From an uncultured Chloroflexia bacterium (GTDB taxonomy: Bacteria; Chloroflexota; Dehalococcoidia; DSTF01; JALHUB01): a DNA stretch of 64,000 bases. Below, one piece after another: positions 41,777 to 51,050 of this stretch (position 1 is its first letter; the number at the start of each line of letters is the position of its first letter). Below the pieces are notes generated by a model. That model was given only the letters and a program-made list of their open reading frames with translations. It made no database searches and had not been told where the DNA came from. The stretch lies in the NCBI GenBank assembly GCA_963726245.1, contig CAVSBT010000015.1:128001-192000 (forward strand), read 5' to 3'. The position numbers and the translations under genes are program-made.

Positions 41777-41808
41777 ACCTCCGCTGCCCGTGGGAAAAGG
41801 GGCCGGAG

Positions 41809-42060
41809 CTAAGACCCCTCGCGCACCTGTAGAATCTCGTCGGCGACCAGGCCGTGCGCCTCACGGTGTACGGTCGCCGCTGCCTCCTTGCTGGGTGCCT
41901 CGACCAGGCAATACACACGGTGCGCGTCCTCGTTGAACCAGTACTTGAGGTACTTGACGCCGTGTTTCTTCTGTACCTCTACGTCTCTTGCGTGCGCTTC
42001 AGCCACCGCCTGCGCGGTGAGCCCCTCAACGTTCTGATGGACATCCATGTACAGTGGCAT
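41809..42060 (-). CDS. DUF4242 (SCO4226-like nickel-binding) protein
   Basis: MPLYMDVH, AEAHARD, YWFNE, CLVEAP, VHREAHGL. Confidence 0.85.
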   Translation of the reverse strand: MPLYMDVHQNVEGLTAQAVAEAHARDVEVQKKHGVKYLKYWFNEDAHRVYCLVEAPSKEAAATVHREAHGLVADEILQVREGS

Positions 42061-42223
42061 ATGGCACTCCCTTCGCCCTAATATATAGGCATTATACCCT
42101 ACTAGCCGGTGGCGTGACAAGGAAGGGAAGGCTGCGGTGCCTACACGCGAGGACAAAGTCCGTGATGTCCGTGAGCGCTATTGAGGAGAGGGCGAGCGAC
42201 TCGCTGCGGGCTGGTCGCGGACC

Positions 42224-42712
42224 TCACGCGGTGCGCGGGTGGCGGGGCTCGCCGCCGAGTATAAACCTCTCGCGGGCCCGCATGCGGCGCTCGTCTTCCG
42301 GGTCCTCGTGGTCGTAGCCCAGGAGGTGGAGGAGGCCGTGCGCCACCAGATGGGCCGCCTCCTCTTGCACGCTGTGACCGGCCTCTTGGGCCTGGCGCTC
42401 CGCTGTCGGATACGACAGGATAACGTCCCCCAGGTGCCGCACGCCGTCGGGCGGCGTGACGAAGGGCTCGCTGGCGGGCTCGTGGCCGAAGGAGAGGACG
42501 TCGGTGGGCTCATCTAGGCCGCGATAGCGGCGGTTCAGGTCGCGCACCGTCTCGTCATCGGTGACCACCAGGCCGGCCTCGGCGGGCGGCGCCACCCCTT
42601 CGGCCTTGAGGACGCGGACGGCCAGGCGTCGCAGCGCTGCCCGGTCCAGCCGGCCGCGAAAGCCGGCCTCGATCTTGATGGGCACTTCGTATCTGGGGCG
42701 TGCGTCTGCCAT
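42224..42712 (-). CDS. ybeY: rRNA maturation endoribonuclease YbeY
   Basis: LNRRYRG, TDVLSF, HGLLHLLGYDH. Confidence 0.95.
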   Translation of the reverse strand: MADARPRYEVPIKIEAGFRGRLDRAALRRLAVRVLKAEGVAPPAEAGLVVTDDETVRDLNRRYRGLDEPTDVLSFGHEPASEPFVTPPDGVRHLGDVILSYPTAERQAQEAGHSVQEEAAHLVAHGLLHLLGYDHEDPEDERRMRARERFILGGEPRHPRTA

Positions 42713-42738
42713 GGCCGGCGAGATCATATCATGCGTGT

Positions 42739-42768
42739 AGTAGGGGCGGTTCGCGAACCGCCCCTACT
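42739..42768. repeat. Perfect 30-bp GTAG-type REP-like palindrome
   Basis: AGTAGGGGCGGTTCG|CGAACCGCCCCTACT; overlaps the rel stop codon. Confidence 0.8.
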
Positions 42769-44956
42769 GAAGGGCGGAGGCGGATCGTCTGGAATCCATG
42801 GTGCGGCGCACGAAAAGGACGCCGCGAATGGACTCCATCTTGGTCAGGACGCGGCTCAACTGCTCAACACCCGTCGTCTCCAGGGTGAGGAAGACGCTGA
42901 CCGTGTGGTCGGGGTGCTCCTGAGTGCGCACGGCGCCCATGTTGACGTGCTCCTCTGCCACCAGGGTGCTGATGTCCCGCATCAGGCCCACCCGATCCCA
43001 GGCTTCGATGCGCACGGCGACCGGGTAGAGCTGCCCACCGCGGCCCCACTCCACGTCCACCAGACGCTCGCGCTCTTCCTCCTGGAGGACGTTGGAGCAA
43101 TCGCGCCGGTGGACGGTGACGCCGCGGCTGCGGGTGACGTAGCCGATGATGGTGTCGCCGGGGACAGGGTTGCAGCAGCGCGCCAGTTGGGTCAGGAGAT
43201 CGCCTGTCCCCAACACACGAATGGCGGAGGTATAGACGGGGCCGCCCGGAGCCTCAGGCCGCGCCTTTTCCTTTTCCGGCGCCTCCTCTGCGGCGAGGAG
43301 GTGAGTCAGTTTCAAAGTCACCTGGTGCAGGCTGATACCGCCGTATCCCAGCGAGGCCAGGAAGTCGTCCCAGCTATCCTGGCGGAACCGGCTAAGGAGC
43401 TCGTCCTGGCACTCGGAGAGCGGGAGTCCCAGCCGGCGCAGCTCGCGGTCCAGCACCTCGCTGCCCCTCTCTATGTTCTCCTGCCGCTCCTGCTTCTTGA
43501 ACCACTGGCGCACCTTCTCCTTTGCGTGGCTGGTCTTGATATAGCCCAGGTTGGGGTTCAGCCAGTCGCGGGAGGGGCCGCGAGAGCTCTTGCTGGTCAT
43601 GATCTCCACCACGTCGCCGTTTTGGAGCGCGTGGTTCAGCGTCACCAGGCGGCTGTTGACCCGGGCGCCGATGCAGTGATAGCCGACGTCGGTGTGGATG
43701 CGGAAGGCGAAGTCGAGGGGCGTGGAGCCCATGGGCAGGTCCTTGACCTCGCCCTTTGGCGTGTAGACGAAGACCTGGTCCTGGAAGAACTCTGTCTTGA
43801 GCGACTCCACGAAGTCGTCGTCGCCCGACATCTCCCGCTGCCACTCCAGGAGCTGTCGGAGCCAGGAGAGGCGCTGCTCGTACTGCTTCTCGCGGCGTCC
43901 GCCCTCTTTGTAGCGCCAGTGAGCGGCCACGCCGTACTCGGCGAGGCGGTGCATCTCGTGGGTGCGGATCTGCACCTCCAGCGGCCGGCCGCCAAGGCAG
44001 AGGACGGTCGTGTGCAGCGCCTGGTAGAGGCTCTCCTTCGGGCTGCCGATGTAATCGTCGAACTGGCCGGGTATCGGGTGCCAGAGGACGTGGACGACAC
44101 CCAGGGCGCTGTAGCAGTCGGCGACGGTGTCTACCAGCACCCGCAGCGCCATGAGGTCGTAGATCTCGCTGAAGCTCTTGCCCTGGGCCTCGTACTTCTC
44201 GATCTTCTGGTAGATGCTGTAGATGTGCTTGGCCCGACCCTGGACCTCGGCCTCGACCCCCTGCTTCTTCAGCTCTTCGCGCAGGATCTTTTCCACCTGG
44301 GCGATGTACCGGTCTCGCGACACGCGTTTGCTGGCCAGGAGCTGGGCGATCTCGTCAAAGCGGTCCGGCTGGAGGTGCTTGAACGAGAGGTCTTCCAGCT
44401 CGCGCGCTATCTGCCAGATGCCGAGACGGCTGGCCAGAGGAGCGAAGATCTCCATCGTTTCCTGCGCGATGCGCCGGCGCTTGTCATCGGACAGCGCGTC
44501 CAGGGTACGCATGTTGTGGAGGCGGTCGGCGAGCTTGATGATGACCACGCGGACGTCCTCGGCCATAGCGAGGAACATCTTGCGCAGGTTCTCGGCCTGG
44601 ATGCCGGGATCCAGGCTCCTGTCGGTGGGTGCGCGCCACGTGATGCGCTCCAGCTTGGTGGCGCCGTCCACCAGTCGCGCTATCTCCCGCCCGAAGCGCT
44701 TGGCGAGATCGGCGTTGGGGATGCCGCAGTCCTCCTGCACGTCGTGCAGCAGGGCGGCGGCCACCGCCGTCGCGTCGAGCTGGAGCGCGGCCACCGTCAT
44801 CGCCGCGTCGAAGGGATGGCTGATGAAGGGGTCGCCCGACTTGCGCACCTGCCCCTGGTGCGCCGTCTCGGCGAAGGCGTAGGCCTCGCTTACGAGGGCG
44901 ACTTTGTCCTCGGGCAGGTACTCGCGAGTACGGGCCAGGAGATCGTTAACGTTCAC
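42764..44956 (-). CDS. rel: Bifunctional (p)ppGpp synthetase/hydrolase
   Basis: LLHDVQED, KLADRLHNMRTL, YQALHT, EVQIRT, TGS (DFAFRIHT), CC and ACT domains; GTG start inferred. Confidence 0.96.
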   Translation of the reverse strand: MNVNDLLARTREYLPEDKVALVSEAYAFAETAHQGQVRKSGDPFISHPFDAAMTVAALQLDATAVAAALLHDVQEDCGIPNADLAKRFGREIARLVDGATKLERITWRAPTDRSLDPGIQAENLRKMFLAMAEDVRVVIIKLADRLHNMRTLDALSDDKRRRIAQETMEIFAPLASRLGIWQIARELEDLSFKHLQPDRFDEIAQLLASKRVSRDRYIAQVEKILREELKKQGVEAEVQGRAKHIYSIYQKIEKYEAQGKSFSEIYDLMALRVLVDTVADCYSALGVVHVLWHPIPGQFDDYIGSPKESLYQALHTTVLCLGGRPLEVQIRTHEMHRLAEYGVAAHWRYKEGGRREKQYEQRLSWLRQLLEWQREMSGDDDFVESLKTEFFQDQVFVYTPKGEVKDLPMGSTPLDFAFRIHTDVGYHCIGARVNSRLVTLNHALQNGDVVEIMTSKSSRGPSRDWLNPNLGYIKTSHAKEKVRQWFKKQERQENIERGSEVLDRELRRLGLPLSECQDELLSRFRQDSWDDFLASLGYGGISLHQVTLKLTHLLAAEEAPEKEKARPEAPGGPVYTSAIRVLGTGDLLTQLARCCNPVPGDTIIGYVTRSRGVTVHRRDCSNVLQEEERERLVDVEWGRGGQLYPVAVRIEAWDRVGLMRDISTLVAEEHVNMGAVRTQEHPDHTVSVFLTLETTGVEQLSRVLTKMESIRGVLFVRRTMDSRRSASALQ

Positions 44957-45063
44957 CTGAGATAGTGTCGGCTTGCTTGCCACGGTTTCATTGTAATCTA
45001 GCACGTTGACCCATGTCTTGCAGGCCGCTCTGGAACCGTAGCACCCCGCTCCAGGCCCGGCTC

Positions 45064-45087
45064 CTTGACTCGCGGGTGTACAATGCG
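45064..45087 (+). repeat. 24-bp direct repeat copy 1 (promoter-like)
   Basis: CTTGACTCGCGGGTGTACAATGCG, identical to 46319-46342. Confidence 0.9.
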
Positions 45088-45127
45088 GCTGGCAGTGCTA
45101 GCCGTGTGTTTCATGAGGAGGGACACC

Positions 45128-45613
45128 ATGAAGCGCCCTGCAATTGCAGCCATGCTCGGTATCGCCACCGCTCTTCTGGCGTGCGGCTGCATGTGGGGGC
45201 ACGTCTATGACGCCGAGACCGGCCTCGATGTGCCCGGCGCGACGATATCGTGGGTGGATACCCAAGGATATTCCGGGTCTGAGACGACCGGGCTATTCTG
45301 GGCGCCAGGCCTGTATGTGTTCTGCGGGTATTCCATAATACCCCACTACAACCCCATTACTTTCACAGTCACCGCGCCAGGCTATATGACCCTCGTGGCG
45401 CACCGGAATCTGTCATGGGACGACGGGTCATACGCCGGAGGTACGCCCACCTGTGACAACATGTGGGACGTTCAAGACTTCAGCCTCATGCCCCTTCCTG
45501 GAACCTCCGGGCTGCCACCCCATACGCCGGTGCCAACGCCCACGGCAACCCCTACGGTGGCTCACCCACCGACGCCAACGCCAACACCCAAGCCCGGAAT
45601 CATGGTCCGATAG
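45128..45613 (+). CDS. Secreted/lipoprotein with carboxypeptidase-regulatory-like beta domain and Pro/Thr tail
   Basis: GAGGAGG RBS, signal peptide with Cys, GHVYDAETG..GATI, VTAPGY, PTPTATPT tail. Confidence 0.65.
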   Translation: MKRPAIAAMLGIATALLACGCMWGHVYDAETGLDVPGATISWVDTQGYSGSETTGLFWAPGLYVFCGYSIIPHYNPITFTVTAPGYMTLVAHRNLSWDDGSYAGGTPTCDNMWDVQDFSLMPLPGTSGLPPHTPVPTPTATPTVAHPPTPTPTPKPGIMVR

Positions 45614-45983
45614 CTGCCGACCAGCATGGCGGTGCCGCCCCCACGTGGCTAGACATCACCGCCTGGCTCTGGTGCGCGTAGCGCTACGTATAAATCCGTA
45701 GTCATAGACTGCTTCCATCGAGTGCCGGAGTAGTTATGCTCGCCACGAGCCTTCGGACGGGTTCGTGCCTGAGCAGGGACGCCCTCTCCAAGGTTCATGC
45801 AAGCCGCCAGGGCCGTACATCTTGAAACCTCCGGCGGGCCTGGCGGCCTCTTCTTGTCCCAGAAAGAAGCCATCAGAGCACGGTGGGCACAGACGCGTTG
45901 CCGCGTCCGCAATCACGTCCAGCCGTTTCAAGCCACCTCGGGCCTAGCCGCGTCGCATGGGACGCAAGCGTCTTAGGCGCATC

Positions 45984-46011
45984 TTGACAAGCTTGCGGTA
46001 AGTCGTATACT
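45984..46011 (+). promoter_or_regulatory. Near-consensus sigma70 promoter with no convincing ORF directly downstream
   Basis: TTGACA-N16-TATACT. Confidence 0.7.
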
Positions 46012-46014
46012 GTT

Positions 46015-46249
46015 GGTCGCCGAGGCTGACCCCCCAACGCCTCTCAGGTACGGCATGGAGGCTTGCCAGGGTCCAGGCAGGGAAGCCTGGAGGGAGGGAG
46101 TCGGCTTCGGCCTTTCTCTGAACACTCAGCGCCTCAACCCGACAGGTACAGGGCGGGTTTGGTCCCCGGCTCCACTTTCTCTTCTGCCGCATCTCTCCCC
46201 CGCTAGACCGGGGCGCTACGCAAAGGGCCACACCCTCGCACCCGCGACC
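46015..46249 (+). ncRNA. Candidate structured RNA or leader, family unassigned
   Basis: 12-bp helix 46019-46030/46100-46111 with G-U pairs on + strand, inner helices, further helices to 46249. Confidence 0.45.
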
Positions 46250-46318
46250 TAGCCGACGCCCACCGGCAGGCCAGTCCGGGGGACAACTTGCGGTCAAAGG
46301 CGTGATTGCCCTCACCCT

Positions 46319-46342
46319 CTTGACTCGCGGGTGTACAATGCG
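46319..46342 (+). repeat. 24-bp direct repeat copy 2 (promoter-like)
   Basis: Identical to 45064-45087; followed by AGGAGG and ATG 46381. Confidence 0.9.
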
Positions 46343-46380
46343 CGTGTCCCCGCCAGTGCTCTCCGTCAGGAGGTCTCGAA

Positions 46381-47352
46381 ATGGAGCAGCCGGTGAGAGG
46401 GGCCCCTTTCTGTCTGGCGCGGTACTCGTCGTTGTTCGGTCATCTTCACCTGTCACATGGCGGGCGCAGGCGAACTTCTGGTTTGAAGGTCGCCGCGGGA
46501 GAGGCACAGCCTGGGCAGCCCTCACTCGTCTGCCACGGCGTCGGTGCAGTCATCATTGCCTAGGGCCGATTGCTTTCGCTGAACTGCGTCAGGGCAATGA
46601 CTAGTGCAACGTTGCACCGCTGGGGTCAACATGAGCTGCCGGACAAATGCTTCGTCCGACTAGGCGTTGCTTCGGGCGTGGCCGGGTACGCCACCTCTCA
46701 TCGGCGGCCTCGCGGTCGCCTTCACCGCCTTGCTCCGCGATCGACCGCAGGTAAGGAGTCGAACAAGCATCGCCTGGACGCTGACGCCGTCCTCTGGTTG
46801 GAGCGACGTGGTCAAGATCAACGACTACGATGCGAATGACGGCGCGCTCACATCGAGATCGCCAGTCGGCGGGTCTGGGCTTCGTCCCTGCCCAACTCGA
46901 TGAAAAACAGGATTATCATCAGTGCAGCGGCCCAGCAGACTTCCGCCGACGGCGTCAAGCTTCCTGGAGGCGTCCATGCCTCAATCGATGTCAAACTGGC
47001 GTGTCGTTGCCCACTAGATGCTCTTGGCCGTGGCTGGGTTCGAAGACCATCTAGGGTGAGATCCAGCACATGCCTATCGCTGGACGCAGCCCAGACTGGC
47101 CGCCTCTACCGCGGTAAGCCGGCGCGCTCCAAAGCAAGCATTCGGCCGATTCTCGTCAAGGCGCCGGCAAAGTCGCTCAGACGTTCAGAATGGCGACCGT
47201 GCGAACGACAGTATCCCTTGACATGGAAGGCCATAGCATGCGCGTGCGAACTAATGGCCACAGCAGGTCCCTACATGGTGCGAGGATCATCGCCAAGAAT
47301 CACGAGGCGCGGGCCCGTCAGGCATACGCGAGACGACCAAAGCGCCGCCTAG
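46381..47352 (+). pseudogene. Fragmented unknown gene (degraded or poorly assembled)
   Basis: Good RBS and ATG but only short overlapping ORFs in changing frames; no recognisable family. Confidence 0.3.
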
Positions 47353-47499
47353 TGCTCGCTGGGTGCCAGAGCAGATTCGGCGTACTAGATGCCGCTGGCG
47401 ATCCATGCAGACGATCGCCGCCGTCCCTAAGTCCACAGCCAGTAGTGCCGCGGCGCACCGATGGTCATCTCGTAGCGGCTGCGCGCGGCTGCGCACCGC

Positions 47500-48120
47500 C
47501 TATCGCCGGGGCGGCCGCTTCATCGTCCAGTAGTGCATGCCTCCGCCCGGCAGGTCGCCCTCGACCAGCACCTCGAAGCCGTGCTTCCGGTAGAAGGGGA
47601 CGTTGACGTCCTTGTCGGTCTCGAGGTAGCAGGGCAGCGCTTCCGCGTCCGCCCGCGCCAGCACCGGCTGGAGCAGCGCGCCGCCGACCCCCTGACCCTG
47701 CCGCGGCGGGTCGACGCCGAGGACCCAGAGATACCAGTGCGGCTCCGGGGCGTCGCGCCGGCGCAGCCCGTCGAAGTAGCTCTTCATGGCTATCAGCCGC
47801 TGATACGGCTCCGCGCCCAGCTTCTGGGGCATCGACGCCATGCCCGCGCGGATGACCGTCTCCCGGTTCATGGGAGGGCTGGCGGGCGACAGCCAGACCG
47901 CAGCGCCCTCCACCACGTCCGCGGTGGTGTAGACCTCGCCGTAGAGGTGGCCGTAGCGGGTGGACGTGCCGAACATCCAGCTCAGCGGGCGCATGCGCTT
48001 CGCAGCGTCGGGAAGGAGGTACACGGACATGGGGTTGTCGTAGAAGGCCCTGCCGAGCATGTCGCCCGCCTCCTTGACCTGTCGTGCGGCGAGGTGCACT
48101 ATTCCGCTTGTCGGCTCCAT
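47500..48120 (-). CDS. GNAT N-acetyltransferase
   Basis: AFYDNP, HWYLWVLGVDPPRQGQGVG, CYLET, FYRKHGF. Confidence 0.9.
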   Translation of the reverse strand: MEPTSGIVHLAARQVKEAGDMLGRAFYDNPMSVYLLPDAAKRMRPLSWMFGTSTRYGHLYGEVYTTADVVEGAAVWLSPASPPMNRETVIRAGMASMPQKLGAEPYQRLIAMKSYFDGLRRRDAPEPHWYLWVLGVDPPRQGQGVGGALLQPVLARADAEALPCYLETDKDVNVPFYRKHGFEVLVEGDLPGGGMHYWTMKRPPRR

Positions 48121-48255
48121 CGCAGGCTCTCCTCAATTGGATGCTAATTGGCATGAGTGTATACCAGGCCGCGATCGTCGCGCCACAGCGACGCGGGAGA
48201 CTGCGGGAGCGTGACATCACCGGTGACAACCCCTGTATTCGGTAAGGAGAAGAGT

Positions 48256-49315
48256 GTGTATAGGATCGCCGTGATCCCCGGCGACGGGACCGGGCCCGAG
48301 GTGGTGCGCGAAGGGCTGAAGGTCCTCGATGCCGCCGCCAAGGCCGTCGGGTTCAAGTACGAGACCGTCAGCTTACGACTTCGGGGGCGAGCGCTACCTC
48401 CGCACCGGCGAGACCCTGCCGGACGGGCGCCCTGGACGAGCTGCGCCAGTTCGACGCCATCTACCTGGGCGCCATCGGCCACCCCGACGTGCCGCCGGGC
48501 ATCCTGGAGAAGGGCATCCTGCTCGCCATGCGGTTCGAGCTGGACCAGTACATCAACCTGCGGCCGGTCAAGCTCTACCCCGGCGTGGACTGCCCGCTCA
48601 AGGACAAGGGGCCGGAGGACATCGACTTCGTCGTCGTGCGCGAGAACACCGAGGGGCTCTACACCGGCATGGGCGGCTTCCAGTACAAGGGCACGCCCGC
48701 AGGAGGTGGCGACGCAGATCCACTGCACCACGCGCTTCGGGGCGGAGCGGGCCATCCGCTACGCCTTCGAGCTGACCCGCAAGCGCAACAAGAGGAAGCA
48801 GCTACACCTGGTCGGCAAGACCAACGTGCTGACCTACGTCCACGACACCTGGTGGCGCGCCTTCCACGAGGTCGGCGAGGCCGACTACCCCGACATCAAG
48901 CGCGACTACGCCCACGTCGACGCCATGCTGCATGTGGTTCGTCAAGAACCCCGAGTGGTTCGACGTGATCGTCACCGACAACATGTTCGGCGACATCATC
49001 ACCGACCTGGGGGCGATGATCCAGGGCGGCATGGGCATCGCCGCCGGCGGCAACATCAACCCCCAGGGCGTCACCATGTTCGAGCCCATCGGCGGCAGCG
49101 CCCCCAAGTACACGGGCAAGAACGTCATCAACCCGCTGGCCGCCATCTGCGCCGCCCAGATGATGGCCGCCGAGCTGGGCGAGCCGGAGGCCGCCCGGCG
49201 CATGGAGGGCGCCGTCATCAAGGCCCTGGCCAGCGGCAGGATCAAGTCGATGAGCGCCGGCCGGATGGGGATGAGCACCTCCGAGGTCGGCGATCTGGTG
49301 GCAGGCTACGTGTAG
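48256..49315 (+). CDS. leuB: 3-isopropylmalate dehydrogenase (several frameshifts)
   Basis: [52 protein letters not shown]. Confidence 0.85.
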
Positions 49316-49348
49316 GGGTGTGAGGAGCTAGGTCGCGGGCGACACGAC

Positions 49349-50879
49349 GTGCTGGCGAAGGTGAATAGCTGCGCCGTGGTGGGCCTCGACGGGACCCTGG
49401 TCGAGGTGGAGGTGGACATCGCCTCCGGCATGCCCGCCTTCAACATCGTCGGCCTGCCCGACGCGGCGGTCCAGGAGGCGAAGGAGCGGGTGCGCTCCGC
49501 CATCCGCAACTCCGGGCTCCAGTTCCCCCAGAAGCGCATCACGGTCAACCTGGCCCCCGCCGACGTTCGCAAGGAGGGGCCGGCCTACGACCTGCCCATC
49601 GCCGTGGGCATCGTCCTCGCCTCCGGGCAGGCCACGGCCGACGTCTCGCGCTCCCTCTTCCTGGGCGAGCTCTCTCTCGACGGGCTGGTGCGCCACTCCC
49701 ACGGCATCCTTTCGATGGTCGCGCTGGCCCGCGAGAAGGGCTGCGAGCAGGTCTTCGTGCCGGAGGCGGACCTCGGAGAGGCGACGCTCATCGGCGGGAT
49801 GAACGTCCTGCCCGTGGCCAGCCTGACGCAGCTCGTCGGCCACCTGCGCGGCGACGGCGCCATCGCTGCCGTTCGCACCGACGGCCTGGCCGAGCAGGCG
49901 CCGGAGATGCCCTGGGAGGGCGTGGACTTCTGCCACATCAAGGGGCAGGAGCACGTGAAGCGGGCCCTGGAGGTGGCGGCCGCCGGAGGGCACAACGTCC
50001 TCATGACGGGCCCGCCGGGCAGCGGCAAGACGCTGCTGGCCCGCTCGCTGCCCTCGATCATGCCCTCGCTTGGGCCGGAGGAGGCGCTGGAGGTGACCAA
50101 GGTCTACAGCGTGGCCGGCCTCCTGCGAGGCGACACGCCCCTGGTCAGGCAGAGGCCGTTTCGCTCGCCGCATCACACCATCTCTCACGCCGGGCTCGTG
50201 GGCGGCGGCCGGCAGCCGCGCCCGGGCGAGATCAGCCTCAGCCACCGCGGCGTTCTCTTTCTCGACGAGCTTCCGGAGTTCGGACAGGCGGTGCTGGAGG
50301 TGCTGCGCCAGCCCATGGAGGACCGGTGTGGTGACGATCAGCCGGGCCCAGGGCTCCGTGACCTACCCGGCCAACTTCATGCTGGTGGCGGCCATGAACC
50401 CCTGCCCCTGCGGCTTCTACGGCGACCCGACGAAGGAATGCACCTGCAGCGAATCGGTGGTGAGCCGCTACCAGAAGCGAATCTCCGGGCCTCTCCTCGA
50501 CCGCATCGACATCTTCGCCGAAGTGCCGCGGGTGGACTACGAGAAGCTGGCCGCCGACACCGCCGGCGAGCCTTCGACCGCCGTTCGCGCCAGGGTGCAG
50601 GGCGCCGGGCGGGTGCAGCAGGCCCGCTTCCAGGGCACCCGCTTCATCTGCAACGCGGAGATGACCCCCACGGAGGTCCGCGAGTACTGCCAGGACCGCC
50701 TGGAGGAGTCGGCGCGCTCGCTGCTCCGGCTGGCCATGCAGCAGTTGTCGCTGTCGGCGCGGGCCTTCCACCGGGTGCTGAAGCTGGCCCGCACCATCGC
50801 CGACCTGGCGGGCCAGGAGGAGATCGCCTCGCAGCACGTGGCGGAGGCGATCCAGTACCGGCACCGGGGCCGGGCCTGA
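49349..50879 (+). CDS. comM: YifB/ComM Mg-chelatase-like AAA+ ATPase (frameshift near 50325)
   Basis: [49 protein letters not shown]. Confidence 0.92.
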
Positions 50880-50944
50880 GGGCGCAGGCGGCCTGCCGGC
50901 GGCCCTTGCCAGGGTTTCGCCCTGCGGTCTAAGATGAGGGTCGT

Positions 50945-51020
<76 letters not shown>

Positions 51021-51050
51021 CCCGACACCGTTCTTCACAGATTGCGCGCG

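Noticed and set aside
42731-44965. Long antisense ORFs (744 aa here; also 12831-14738, 19511-21046, 22788-24365)
   Set aside because: Shadows of real genes caused by high-GC codon bias; no recognisable motifs.
46017-46060. Glycine riboswitch (CGCCGAGG ... CTCTCAGGTAC resembles the aptamer core)
   Set aside because: Lacks the upstream GGAGA/P2 and the CCGAAG-GCAA elements; the promoter leaves no room; no glycine-related gene follows.
46381-46839. TAG readthrough (pyrrolysine) joining two in-frame ORFs
   Set aside because: The joined product is not protein-like and the region appears indel-rich.
48153-48245. Leucine attenuator peptide upstream of leuB
   Set aside because: The short ORF has only one Leu codon and no terminator/antiterminator pair.
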